Below, in pieces: positions 25,501 to 34,999 of a stretch of 41,104 nt of DNA. The translations under genes and the position numbers were made by a program. The stretch lies in the IMG/VR virus record IMGVR_UViG_3300044941_000368, positions 1 through 41,104 of that record; one strand, given 5' to 3'. A model generated the notes under the pieces. That model saw only the letters and a program-made list of their open reading frames with translations. It was not told where the DNA came from and searched no databases. The DNA comes from a virus (taxonomy: Duplodnaviria > Caudoviricetes). How positions within the stretch are numbered: the first letter of the stretch is position 1; every line of letters starts with the position of its first letter.

Positions 25501-28452
25501 ATTTCTAGTATTTCGTTTAGAGCTTACGACATTGAATCTGGCCCTGCTGTTGAGTTCTCTCAATATTTTGGTGCTGATTTTGATTTTTCAAACTACAAAG
25601 TTATGATGCAAGCTAGAGGTGTAATCCACCCTACCTATACACTTGTAGATGAAGACGCGGTATTGATTAGATCTAAAAGTCTCGGCTCATCTGGTAATAA
25701 AATCAGGGTTTCATACGAATATCCAACTCAGCCAAATCAAGGAATTACAGATACTGTTGCAGTTAGCGAACTGACAAAAATCTCTATCTTCTTAAAATCT
25801 GGAAATCCAGTTTCAAATACAATTGACGGGACAACCGAGTGGAACGTAACCATCACACCTATGGTTGGCTACGATCAAGTGACATACACTTGGAACGGAA
25901 CTGGAACTAACCCAACAATTTCTGGAGCGCTTTCCTCTGGCGGATACGCGACCATTACTGCCGAAGGTGAGTTTTCTCCTCAAAACATTGGAACGTTTAG
26001 GGTTGTATCGGCAACCGCGACATCTTTTACAGTCGCAAGACCTACTGGTGCGGCGCTTGCTGAATCTAATGTTGCTACATTAACTAGCACCACCATAAGA
26101 CTGTACGAGTCTGACGACACAACCGCGCAAGAAATAGTTGACTACATTAATGATAATCTTGCTGATTTTATTGAGGCGTCAATTATTGATGATAACGGGA
26201 CTACAGGCTCTGGTGTTATTGATAAGTCCACATTTGAGGATTCTTTCTTTACTTCAGAGAGCGTAGCGCTAGTTGACGGCGAAAACTATATCTTGAGTAG
26301 CAACCTTACGGCGGTAGCTCCAAACGCTCAATTCACCTTTAAAACGCCATTGACAATGCCTTCTTTCTCTACTGCAACGCCAAACGCTTACGCATTTAAC
26401 AATGGTGAGGTTATTAAACTTATCCCTACCACAGCCAAACAAGTAGAAGATTTTGTAAATGTTCTCGCGGTTTCTGGCGTTTCTACTGTAGGAACAATAA
26501 GGGCTGTAGCAAAAGAAAGCAGGGTTCAAATAAGGTCGGACGTTTTAGGATCGTCAGGTTCGGTTCAGGTTGCTGGTGGAAGGGGTAATCTTTCTACTGC
26601 TGAAGTTCAGCAAGCGGCAATTAAAATCGATGATCAATACGCTAAAGTGGTTGTTGAAAGATCATCACTCCTAGGCTTCCATGGCGGTCAATACGTCAAA
26701 CTTAAAGCTCAAAACCTTCAGAAAAAAGATACAGAGTTTAGTGACACAAGCGTACTTGATGTCACCCCAAACTCGCCAATTGCTGGAAAAACTTCTATCA
26801 CTATATCTAACAAACAGGCCCATGAGCTGTTTTTTGGTAAGCCCAAAACATTCATTCGCGATATAGGCACTACTTTTAGGGTAGAAAAACACGGTATTTT
26901 GACTGCAATTATTGCAGATCCCGGCACAAACAACCCACACTTCGAGAAAGATGTTGAATTTAACGATGTTTCGGGCGTTATTAATGTTTCTTACAACACA
27001 AACACTGGATTTGCAGAATATACCGCAACTTCTCCGCAAAGGAATTTTTCAGAAGTTCCAATAGGTGCAAAATTGACAATTTCTGGCTTTACAAATCCCG
27101 AAAACAACGGAACTTTCACTATTGTGGGTGTTTCTTCAAACAATAAGACCTTGGTGGTTGAAAACCCCGACGCGGTTTCGGAGTCTGGAACTACTATTTC
27201 TCCTGCCAATATATCTATTGCTGCAGAAGTAGCGGAAGGCGACACAGTTATTATTGATGCTCCATTCTCTGTTTTGAATAGAGGTACATTTAAAGTTATT
27301 AGAAGATTTGAGAATACCATTTGGATTGAAAACCCGTCCTCAGTTGAGGAAGATGTTGCTGTTGTTGCAAACGCAGTACCACTAACTTTTAACGGATCTA
27401 CCCAATTTGATCTAACTATGGTTGATAACGGATTGAGGATTCAGTGGAACGGAAACGGAGCTAACCCATCCCTTTCGCTCGCTAAGGTAGGTCAGATAGC
27501 AACGCTTGGAACTGACTTTCATCCTAATAACCAAGGTAGCTTCTGCATTGTAGCTAAAGGTACAAACTTTATTATTGTGGCAAACGCTTTGGGTGTAAAC
27601 GAAACTGCTATTCAGATATCTAACGTCTTCCAAATTCATAAGCCTTCTTTAAGGTTTTACGAATACGAGTCTACTGTTGAAAACGACACTTTTGTGGTTG
27701 GTGGGGATTTGTTGGGTGAAGCAAGTATTGGGCTTTATAAAGTTTTTGAGGTTTTCTCCGAAAATCGAATTATTGTAGATGGAATTATCGCAGCTATATC
27801 TAACTTCTCGTTGGGTAACAGAGCAGAAGAGATTTATGTTCAAGAACAATCTCCTTACTATGGTTATAAGAAAGTTTATAATAAGGCCGCAGACCCTGCA
27901 AACCTGAACCAAGGAATTTTGGTGTTCGACTCTGCTAATCAATATTTGAAGATCAATAAGGATGCGGGGGCTGTTAAGATATATTCTATGTCTAAGCTTG
28001 AATTCCCTACCAATATTAAAAAAGGGGTAGACTCTTATAGATATAACATAGGCCTTATTCGACAAGCTAACAAAGTTGTCTATGGCGAGCCAAGAGGTGG
28101 GGAGTTTGAGGGTGTTGCTGCTGCAGGAGCTGAAATCTTTATTCAGCCGCCACTAATTAGACGTATCCAAGTCTCAATTGTTGTAAGATTGAACACGGGC
28201 GTTCCTTTCACTAAAATTATTGAAAGGGTGAGAGATAGTGTAGCTTCGCTTGTTAACTCTACAGGTATCGGGCAGAGCATTCCTCTGAGTGACGTTGTTT
28301 CTACGGTTAACTCAATACCCGGTGTATTTGCCGTATCAATTGCGTCGCCATCTTACAGCCCAAGCCTCGATTTGCTTGTGGTAAATCCATCAGAGAAGCC
28401 GCTAATTATTGACCCAGTTGCGGATATTATTGTTTCTAAGGTTGGATCATAA
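22549..28452 (+). CDS. Giant baseplate J/gp6-like wedge protein (1967 aa)
   Basis: LDRASGEALKRIA, VAAQKPGAEGNV, TGRDEESDQELKAR; C-terminal IGQSIPLSDVVSTVNSIPGV; long beta-rich insertions. Confidence 0.85.
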   Translation: MATPTPQSYEQLISQMYAAYQSRIGINDINVGSAVSSFFEVVAQKIYLANASNFSILRDYNLDRASGEALKRIAAEDRVFPLPARVATGRVNITDSSFTKKSTKVYAGAAAPNVGSTVIKVSDASGWPNSGAIYIGRGTNNIEGPISYSSITQLGGFYQITLVTPTTKFHNISESVILAQGGNRFVPAGSVVIAPASGGAEDVNFTITQSVTMLDGENEIKNVPVAAQKPGAEGNVPRGAIKRFISPPFTGATVTNAIQFTTGRDEESDQELKARVKRARLSRGLGTAIAVQNSVLGQQAPDEAATVLSAEIFSSADETVLYIDNGQGYEEKTEGVGVEFIVDEALGGETNFQLATGGQQSSVAKAFIESNAVAPFAIIGGDRLAISVGGVITEHVFKNEDFRSPGAATAYEIISSVNANPDLNFSARTSENATKVTFFAKTEEREYIQKTEPSTGRDAGFILGLPVNEVETLRLYKNGQLLSKNGRFATIESQNQQTWSPSIASGDTLNISVDGTQFINYTFTDADFANEGTFTTVNKNNTLQSWCNVINNKIVGITALPAGNKIKITSNLGADSRASIDINPLSTLVTKGMFAPTGLSVKGAAADFKLSRNTAQFKLTKPLTAGDSLSAGTESTKANISSGNIVGGTVTLTQDGYFWLLIDDPTASIIRTGMAADVLLNVLKPSANIVRYQSLTPAVFNAVQVGDWVIVRSLELNANNRLEGRVHAVTPTTLDILVTATEYAAAVAQGPILFQDGFIVVRTKRAVQKLAISAGTYNLFQISELINADLVGATCSVLNDKNLIITTKTEDITGSVLLVDIDTQAKILNFTSGQSSVSDFSLFGFYESQNKENSFPAFVHSEISGDEPADPPLTYITSFNSSENLGTLGVSKNLLVCGAEPFDAPKDSVIKNEVSQIRLINGTTVDITQTPMFRRMRTGDRYFLCTPYDFSEADNIVVVLDNDVTNKSFPIPLNRKAATNQTTTISSISFRAYDIESGPAVEFSQYFGADFDFSNYKVMMQARGVIHPTYTLVDEDAVLIRSKSLGSSGNKIRVSYEYPTQPNQGITDTVAVSELTKISIFLKSGNPVSNTIDGTTEWNVTITPMVGYDQVTYTWNGTGTNPTISGALSSGGYATITAEGEFSPQNIGTFRVVSATATSFTVARPTGAALAESNVATLTSTTIRLYESDDTTAQEIVDYINDNLADFIEASIIDDNGTTGSGVIDKSTFEDSFFTSESVALVDGENYILSSNLTAVAPNAQFTFKTPLTMPSFSTATPNAYAFNNGEVIKLIPTTAKQVEDFVNVLAVSGVSTVGTIRAVAKESRVQIRSDVLGSSGSVQVAGGRGNLSTAEVQQAAIKIDDQYAKVVVERSSLLGFHGGQYVKLKAQNLQKKDTEFSDTSVLDVTPNSPIAGKTSITISNKQAHELFFGKPKTFIRDIGTTFRVEKHGILTAIIADPGTNNPHFEKDVEFNDVSGVINVSYNTNTGFAEYTATSPQRNFSEVPIGAKLTISGFTNPENNGTFTIVGVSSNNKTLVVENPDAVSESGTTISPANISIAAEVAEGDTVIIDAPFSVLNRGTFKVIRRFENTIWIENPSSVEEDVAVVANAVPLTFNGSTQFDLTMVDNGLRIQWNGNGANPSLSLAKVGQIATLGTDFHPNNQGSFCIVAKGTNFIIVANALGVNETAIQISNVFQIHKPSLRFYEYESTVENDTFVVGGDLLGEASIGLYKVFEVFSENRIIVDGIIAAISNFSLGNRAEEIYVQEQSPYYGYKKVYNKAADPANLNQGILVFDSANQYLKINKDAGAVKIYSMSKLEFPTNIKKGVDSYRYNIGLIRQANKVVYGEPRGGEFEGVAAAGAEIFIQPPLIRRIQVSIVVRLNTGVPFTKIIERVRDSVASLVNSTGIGQSIPLSDVVSTVNSIPGVFAVSIASPSYSPSLDLLVVNPSEKPLIIDPVADIIVSKVGS

Positions 28453-30056
28453 TGGACTCATCAGACATTAAAAAAGATTTAAGAAAAGCGCTTAACCCTA
28501 TAATTAAAGGGCCAAAAACCGACGCTATTTTAGAAGCGTTGTCCTACCCGCTGTCTAATTTGGTAAAAAACGCAGAGTCTGTTAACAATATGCTCTATCT
28601 GGTAACCGCCGAAGAGCAATATTTGGATCAATTGTTGTCCGCTAAAGGCCTCAGAAGACCAGAAAACGTAGGTCTTTCAGATGAAATTTTTAGACAAATT
28701 GGTATTGAGATTGGCAATAGAAAGCAGGTTAGAAGCCTTTTAAACAAAATTCTTAATATTATTTTTGGAGAAGAATATGTAAGTGCGACGATTGATTCAA
28801 ATTTTCCTCAGCCGTATGCGTTAGAGGATGGAGATACTTTAACTTTTGCTTTTGACGATGGCGAATCAATGACGGTTGTTTTTAAAACCTCTCAGTTTGC
28901 AAATATCGGTCAAGCAACGGCGGCGGAAGTAGCTGATGCTATTACTAAAGAAATTAGACGACTTGGTAGAAATGGAGCGGCAATCACGCTGGATTCTGGT
29001 AATGATGTGTATGTTCGTCTTATTTCTCAAACAATCGGCCCATCTTCTACTGTTAAAGTATTGGGCGGTAAAGCTCAAAACAAGCTTCAATTCGATCGAG
29101 TTGTTCCGACTTCAGGACTTCCAACTACCCAATGGACTGTTCAAAAACAGTCAAACGGAAATATAAGATTGATTTGGTCAGCAGGCCCTAATCCCAACAT
29201 TGGACTTATCAACAAAAACGATTACGTTAACATCTATGGCGCATCATTTCAACAGGACAATAGAGGGACGTTTACAATTGTTGCCGTTAAAAGTGGTTCT
29301 GTTGGCAATGCTTATGTAGAGTTTCAAAACCCAATTGCCGTTAACGAAATCGTTCTTCAAGGTACTTCTGACGGAGTTCTCTTTTTTACTCCAACTCGAA
29401 AGATACTAAGCAGTAAACGGACTTATGCTGCTGTTTATCAAACTGAATCCAGATTAATCGAAATTTTTATGCCCGCCACAACTAAGGTTGTGCGAAGGGA
29501 TAATGTTGGTGCGTCTTATTTTCAGCCTCAACTCCCTTCTCCTGACAATATCAAAGGGCCATATCTCTGGGATCTTTCAAAAGAATATCTTATTGGCGAA
29601 GAAGAATGCAACACTACACAAATCATCGACTCCAACACGGAAAGTATTGTTTTTGTAGATGACGCATCTGAAATACCTGACGATCAAGGACACCTGATTT
29701 TTGGTTTTGGAACGGATAAGGAAGAAGGCCCAGTACCGTATCTTGGTAGGCCTTCCTCTAACTCTCTTATTATTAACCCAACTTATAACTTTAAATTTGT
29801 ACATGATGTAGGAACAAACATCTCATACGTAACCCAAAACTTTCCATACACCCCTGACGCCGACGGATCTGACTTCGGTCTTTATTTGACTGACGAAGTG
29901 AGCGGTAGAATTTATGCGGAAGAGTTGATTGAGCTAGTAAAAGCGACAGGTATAAGAATTGCAATTACTATTCTTTATCCAAATGATGAGGGGTATGGTA
30001 AGTGGGGTACGGAAAATTCCGAAATTAAAGTTATTTTTGGGCCAGATCCAGAATAG
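28452..30056 (+). CDS. Baseplate wedge subunit (gpI/gp7-like)
   Basis: TAEEQYLDQL...GLRRP...SDEIFR; C-terminal IELVKATGI; coupled to the J-like gene. Confidence 0.7.
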   Translation: MDSSDIKKDLRKALNPIIKGPKTDAILEALSYPLSNLVKNAESVNNMLYLVTAEEQYLDQLLSAKGLRRPENVGLSDEIFRQIGIEIGNRKQVRSLLNKILNIIFGEEYVSATIDSNFPQPYALEDGDTLTFAFDDGESMTVVFKTSQFANIGQATAAEVADAITKEIRRLGRNGAAITLDSGNDVYVRLISQTIGPSSTVKVLGGKAQNKLQFDRVVPTSGLPTTQWTVQKQSNGNIRLIWSAGPNPNIGLINKNDYVNIYGASFQQDNRGTFTIVAVKSGSVGNAYVEFQNPIAVNEIVLQGTSDGVLFFTPTRKILSSKRTYAAVYQTESRLIEIFMPATTKVVRRDNVGASYFQPQLPSPDNIKGPYLWDLSKEYLIGEEECNTTQIIDSNTESIVFVDDASEIPDDQGHLIFGFGTDKEEGPVPYLGRPSSNSLIINPTYNFKFVHDVGTNISYVTQNFPYTPDADGSDFGLYLTDEVSGRIYAEELIELVKATGIRIAITILYPNDEGYGKWGTENSEIKVIFGPDPE

Positions 30057-30064
30057 GTGGAAAT

Positions 30065-30487
30065 ATGCCAGTTTTAACAGTAACGGGTGCATCGGTTAAG
30101 ATTTATATCGGCGGTGTTCTTTTTCCAGAAGCTCAAAGTTTGAGCTGGGCAATAGATTATGGGGAAGACCCCATTTACGGAATTGATTCACCATTTCCGC
30201 AGGAAATTCGCCAAACAAGAATTTCCGTTCAAGGTCAAATAAGCGGGATAAGGCTAAGGCTTTCTGGCGGAATACAATCTCGAAACGCAAGAACTTTAAT
30301 TAAAGACTCCCTTCAAGCGCCGTACACTTCTATACGCATAATAGACAGAGCGACCGACGAAGTATTGCTTTTTATTTCTCAAGCAAAAATTACCAATCAG
30401 TCCTACTCAGTCAGTGCTAAGTCTATTATGCAGATTAGTTTTGGATTTAAAGGGATTATTCCTCTAGAGGCTAACGACCTTGCCTGA
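30065..30487 (+). CDS. Tail tube-like protein
   Basis: 140 aa; TGASVKIYIGG...AQSLSW...PIYGID...QEI pattern of tube-fold proteins. Confidence 0.6.
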   Translation: MPVLTVTGASVKIYIGGVLFPEAQSLSWAIDYGEDPIYGIDSPFPQEIRQTRISVQGQISGIRLRLSGGIQSRNARTLIKDSLQAPYTSIRIIDRATDEVLLFISQAKITNQSYSVSAKSIMQISFGFKGIIPLEANDLA

Positions 30488-30866
30488 GATCGCACCAACT
30501 AGAGTGCATGCTAAGTGAAGACTTTTTGCCATAAGCTTTCCAAGTCCCACAAGTGCAAACAGGTTCTATAGGTTTAGCTTCCATTTTTTCCTTTTTTGAA
30601 TCAAAAGAATATGGAAAACCTTTAAATTCTTCAAAATTAAAATCTTTAGGAAAATTTATCATCGAATACTTAAGAGCGTCGACAAAGTGGGAATCATCGC
30701 CGTAATTACTGTCGCTTCCGTAACTATCTCCACTAAGATTTGCCGTACCAAAATCATCGTCAGAATCTTGGTTGATAAGGTTTATGTAACCTGCCGTAAT
30801 TATGTCGGAAAGGCTATGGATTTGTTTGCTAATTTTGGCCCATTGAGATGCTGTTATTTTTTTCAT
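30471..30866 (-). CDS. Hypothetical protein with C-terminal CxCG...HSxWC motif
   Basis: 131-aa ORF on the opposite strand to the structural genes. Confidence 0.65.
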   Translation of the reverse strand: MKKITASQWAKISKQIHSLSDIITAGYINLINQDSDDDFGTANLSGDSYGSDSNYGDDSHFVDALKYSMINFPKDFNFEEFKGFPYSFDSKKEKMEAKPIEPVCTCGTWKAYGKKSSLSMHSSWCDLRQGR

Positions 30867-30878
30867 AATATAAAAATA

Positions 30879-31403
30879 TCATATTTTTTTGTAAGGGTCA
30901 ATATTCCAACCATCATTATTTAATATTTTTAGTAATTCTAAGTAGTTATCCATTAAGGTACTGTCTTTGGTGTTGATTGTTTTAAACTTAAAACCCAAAG
31001 CAATATTCATAGAGTCGATTTTTTCAAATCCTTCGCAACCACCAAAATCCTTGTTTATAAGAAGAATATTGGTCATTTTACATTTTTGCTTAATTGATTT
31101 GTAAACCCTTGAAATTTCTTCATAATCATGAAAAACTGAGTGAATTTGCTTTTTTTCTTCTAAGTCTTTAATTATTGGCTCAGCAATACCGCCAACAATA
31201 AAAATTAAGTTATTATCTTTTTCGAGTAAGGTGTTGATTTCATTGAGTTTTTCTAATATATGGTTTTTGTTGCAAGTAGAATTTATGTAATATTTAGAAA
31301 TTTGCAAATTATCATTAAAGTAAATTTGTTTAAGTTTGTTAAAGTAGAATTCTGCTTCAAAATCCGAGTCGTAGTTTCCATCAATCGAGAGTAAATAGTT
31401 CAT
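30879..31403 (-). CDS. Hypothetical protein, very AT-rich, probably leaderless
   Basis: Minus strand reads GTGG-TATATA-AGTAT-ATG, so the start was placed at 31403. Confidence 0.65.
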   Translation of the reverse strand: MNYLLSIDGNYDSDFEAEFYFNKLKQIYFNDNLQISKYYINSTCNKNHILEKLNEINTLLEKDNNLIFIVGGIAEPIIKDLEEKKQIHSVFHDYEEISRVYKSIKQKCKMTNILLINKDFGGCEGFEKIDSMNIALGFKFKTINTKDSTLMDNYLELLKILNNDGWNIDPYKKI

Positions 31404-31493
31404 ATACTTATATACCACAACAAAAGCAATCTTAAAAATATAACCCATCTTATGGTATATATCTACAAATCCTCCCTTAAATAGGCATAGAAA

Positions 31494-34271
31494 ATGGCAG
31501 TAAGAAGAAGTTATAACGCTTTGAATCAGGTCAGGGTTTCAGTACCTGATATTAAAGGTATAGAGTCCGCAGTACGTTCTGATTTTGACGAATTACTTAA
31601 GGGCTTGGTTACAGGTCTTAGCAAGTCTTATGTTGTTAAAGGGTTTGAAATTGAAATGGCTGGAAGTATTGGCTCTAGCGCCACCAGCCTTCAAGTTATT
31701 GTTGAAAACTCAACCATTTTAAATGGAAATTCAACCACTTCTGGTACTTTTTATGTAGTTCCGAGCGGCACTCCAGCTCAAACGCTAAGCTCGACCATCA
31801 ATCCAAAAGTTGTTGGCTCGTTTACGCCCGGCTCGCAAAACTACATTGGTCTTGAATATGTCCGTCAAGTAGATAACTCTACCTCCATCCAGCGCTATTT
31901 TTGGTCTCCCGCTACTAAATCTGAGTTTGTTAAGACGGCGCCTCAAGCCGAGCTGATGGATTATAGATTTATTATTTCGTCCTCTATTTTTGCACCAAAC
32001 GTTCTTCCTATCGCTATTGTTGAAACGGATAATGCTAATAACGTGCTATCTGTCGAAGATAGAAGACCTATGCTTTTCCGTTTGGGGACTGCTGGAACTC
32101 TTCCTCCAAATCCCACATATCAGTATCCATGGAATAATCATGTAGAGGGGCGAGCAGAAAACGTATCCAAATCAACATCGTCCAACGTCTCACCTTTCCG
32201 TGGTGGTGATAAGCAAATTTATAGCCTAAAAGAATGGATGGATACCGTCATGTCCTCTTTCAAAGAGTTGAAAGGGACGACGTACTGGTATTCTCCAAAT
32301 GTTGGCGGATCTATAGTTAAGCTTCGTCAAGATCTTGCAAACACGGTCATTACTGGTCGCGGTCAAATATCTCATAGCAGCACTGTTGCTGGTCGAATTA
32401 ATTGGGATCAGCCAATTCAAATTGCTCTTGTTGGATCAAGGCTTTCTTTTCAATTATCCGCAAACCCTTCAAGCAGTGATATTACACTTTCTGACGAGCA
32501 AGTTGCGTATGTAAATTTAATACGCGGTGTTAACATTACGCCAAACCTCATTTTTGTAAATGGAAGCACAACTGTCACATCTGTCGGTGGAGTGTCTTGG
32601 ACAGCTTTGCTACAGGCTGGCGACTGGATTAAATTAGCTGTCGATGACGATACAAAGTATTTAAAAATTCAATCTGTAGATTCGGCTTCTCAAGTGACTC
32701 TTAGCACTGCCTATCCCTACACATCCACAGGGCCTTCTGGAGCTAAGTCTCAGTATGCTTTTGGGGTTTACCAAACTCATCCATCCCCCTCGACAGATCG
32801 ACACATTCGAGTTGCCAATAGAAAAGATGTTCCCTTTACAGAAGACATTTTCTGGTTTTTGTTGAGGTCGGACAACGGCGGATCAATGCCCCGAGTTTAT
32901 GTTCGGTTTATCGGTTCCGAGCTAGAACAGGGCGAAGATAGAGATATTTCTGACAATACGTCAAAAGATATTCTAACATATATCGGTTCCAACAGTGAAA
33001 CGGACAATTCTCCCGAGTATTCTAACAAGCTAGGCGCTTTAGTATCTGAAGTTACAGATATTACTGTCCCAGCGGCCTCCTCCATCACTTCTGGCCAGTA
33101 CATGCTAATTTATAGCGGCCTTGACCTTAGCGAATATTATATCTGGTTTAATAAGGACGGTTTGGGTGGAAACCCTAATGTTATTGGTAAAATACCGATT
33201 GAAGTTGCTATTTCCACAGGTGATACTGCTAACCAAGTAGCTGCAGCCCTACAAACCGCAATAAACGGCGTTTCCGATTTTAACGCAACTGTTTCTGGCG
33301 CTACTGTAACAGTTACCAATACTGATGCTGGCGAAACTACAGACGCCTCTAACTTTAACGTATCTGGAGCTACGGTTACAGTTGTAACGCAGGGTGATGG
33401 CGCTCCAAACAATTACATTAGTGACGGCGACAATCTCACTTTGTCTATCAAAAAGCTTGATAAAAAACTTAAAGAGCTTGCGGGCAATGAAATTAAGATT
33501 TACGAAGAAGTTTTAAACGTTGTTTCTGGATCACCTGCTGACGATAATGAGGTTACAGGGCCCATCAATTCAGGCACTAACCTAACTCTTCCTTATGACT
33601 CTCACCAATCTAATGCAGTTAACGGATATGTAGTTGGCAGAGCTGATCTTGAGGTTTTCTTAAATGGTCAAAGGTTAGTTGTTGGCTCGGATTATTCAGA
33701 GGTTGGAACGCCAAATACTGAGTCGGTAACTATCCAAATCTTGCAAAACCTTGTGGTCGGTGATCAGCTTCTTTTCCGCGTTGACCCGGGCAAGGCAGCG
33801 GCTTCAGTTGGAGGTTCTGGAGAAATTAATACAGGTTCAAACCTTGGCTCTGGAGCTTCTGTATTTAAAAACAAAACAGGCGTAGTTCTTAACTTCCGTA
33901 GAATTCAAGCAGGATCTGGCGTAACTGTAACTGAAAATGCAAACGATATTACGATTTCTGCTGCTCCAGCAGCTCCAACATACAATGTCGTAACGGTTAC
34001 AGGCACAAACTATTCCGCTACTGCTGCCAACGATTACATATTGGTTAATAATTCTGGTGCAAACAGAACTGTAACTCTCCCAACCGCCGTTGGTAACACT
34101 GGAAAGCAAATTACAGTGAAGAAAATTGATGCGGGTAATACGTTATTTGTAGCAAGTATTTTAAACCAAACAATTGATGGAACTGATGCTACCGTCACCC
34201 CCTATTCAATTATTACTCAGTACGAAACCCTTACGCTTTTAAGCGATGGAACAAGTTGGTGGATTGTTTAA
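31494..34271 (+). CDS. Tail fibre / baseplate-attached structural protein
   Basis: 925 aa, Ser/Thr/Gly-rich modules; EINTGSNLGSGASVFKNKTG...LNFRRI; C-terminal TVTLPTAVGNTGKQITVKK...SDGTSWWIV. Confidence 0.75.
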   Translation: MAVRRSYNALNQVRVSVPDIKGIESAVRSDFDELLKGLVTGLSKSYVVKGFEIEMAGSIGSSATSLQVIVENSTILNGNSTTSGTFYVVPSGTPAQTLSSTINPKVVGSFTPGSQNYIGLEYVRQVDNSTSIQRYFWSPATKSEFVKTAPQAELMDYRFIISSSIFAPNVLPIAIVETDNANNVLSVEDRRPMLFRLGTAGTLPPNPTYQYPWNNHVEGRAENVSKSTSSNVSPFRGGDKQIYSLKEWMDTVMSSFKELKGTTYWYSPNVGGSIVKLRQDLANTVITGRGQISHSSTVAGRINWDQPIQIALVGSRLSFQLSANPSSSDITLSDEQVAYVNLIRGVNITPNLIFVNGSTTVTSVGGVSWTALLQAGDWIKLAVDDDTKYLKIQSVDSASQVTLSTAYPYTSTGPSGAKSQYAFGVYQTHPSPSTDRHIRVANRKDVPFTEDIFWFLLRSDNGGSMPRVYVRFIGSELEQGEDRDISDNTSKDILTYIGSNSETDNSPEYSNKLGALVSEVTDITVPAASSITSGQYMLIYSGLDLSEYYIWFNKDGLGGNPNVIGKIPIEVAISTGDTANQVAAALQTAINGVSDFNATVSGATVTVTNTDAGETTDASNFNVSGATVTVVTQGDGAPNNYISDGDNLTLSIKKLDKKLKELAGNEIKIYEEVLNVVSGSPADDNEVTGPINSGTNLTLPYDSHQSNAVNGYVVGRADLEVFLNGQRLVVGSDYSEVGTPNTESVTIQILQNLVVGDQLLFRVDPGKAAASVGGSGEINTGSNLGSGASVFKNKTGVVLNFRRIQAGSGVTVTENANDITISAAPAAPTYNVVTVTGTNYSATAANDYILVNNSGANRTVTLPTAVGNTGKQITVKKIDAGNTLFVASILNQTIDGTDATVTPYSIITQYETLTLLSDGTSWWIV

Positions 34272-34295
34272 TATTTAAATAAAGAGCATTGAAAT

Positions 34296-34745
34296 ATGAC
34301 ATACAGACCGTATTCAGCAATTATAGCAGAAGCCCAAGCTTCAAACTCCAATTTGGTGGCGCAAATGAAAAACCAATCTGGTTCTACAATTGCCGCCTTA
34401 ATGCCCGTATCTGTTGATAATAATGGATATATCGTACCAATCGATGTTTCCGATGAAGATACAATTTTTTCAGTAGTAGGGGTTACTCAAGCTTCTATTG
34501 CAAACAACGCTTTAGGATCTGTTTTGTTGGCAGGAAGAATTGAAAACATATCCATATCTTTTGCGCATGGCGACAACGTTTACGTATCCAAAACTGGAGA
34601 TTTGACTAATCAAACACCTCAAATTGGAATTAACGGTTTTGTAGCGGGAGATGCCATTATAAGGGTTGGGGTTATAGCAAGAAATACAAACACACCATCT
34701 AACAAAGATTTGTTGGTAAAAATACAACTAGTAGGGAAGCTATAA
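34296..34745 (+). CDS. Small virion protein (DUF2190/cement-like fold)
   Basis: VVGVT...GDNVYVSKTGDLTNQTP...IRVGV; similar to the C-terminus of 35000-36697. Confidence 0.6.
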   Translation: MTYRPYSAIIAEAQASNSNLVAQMKNQSGSTIAALMPVSVDNNGYIVPIDVSDEDTIFSVVGVTQASIANNALGSVLLAGRIENISISFAHGDNVYVSKTGDLTNQTPQIGINGFVAGDAIIRVGVIARNTNTPSNKDLLVKIQLVGKL

Positions 34746-34748
34746 GTT

Positions 34749-34976
34749 ATGGAAAGAATTAGAAAAATTGATATAGAGTCTGTTTCCGAAGAGCAGTTTT
34801 TGGAAATCGAAAAAACACTAAAAAAGAAAGTAAAAGAAATAATCGATCAGTCTGTTTCTGAAATGAATAAGTATTTGAATATATATGGGCTAGAAGTGCT
34901 TTTAGCGGTTCAAATAGTGAAGCAGGGGGAAAGCAATCTTTTAAAAGAGATGAGTAAAAACACATCATTTGAATAA
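34749..34976 (+). CDS. Hypothetical protein
   Basis: 75-aa charged ORF within the operon. Confidence 0.65.
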   Translation: MERIRKIDIESVSEEQFLEIEKTLKKKVKEIIDQSVSEMNKYLNIYGLEVLLAVQIVKQGESNLLKEMSKNTSFE

Positions 34977-34999
34977 AAAATTTATAGGAGGGATAAGTA

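Noticed and set aside
23065-29804. Many alternative-frame and antisense ORFs in the ORF track (e.g. 23065-23628, 26671-27039, 27649-28065)
   Set aside because: They lie entirely within long, motif-bearing structural genes and have no RBS or recognisable motifs; treated as shadow ORFs. The same applies to antisense ORFs over the repeat arrays.
30670-30693. Terminase fragment suggested by HFVDALKY
   Set aside because: Only an 8-residue resemblance to the terminase HxxDALRY motif, with no ATPase or nuclease context.
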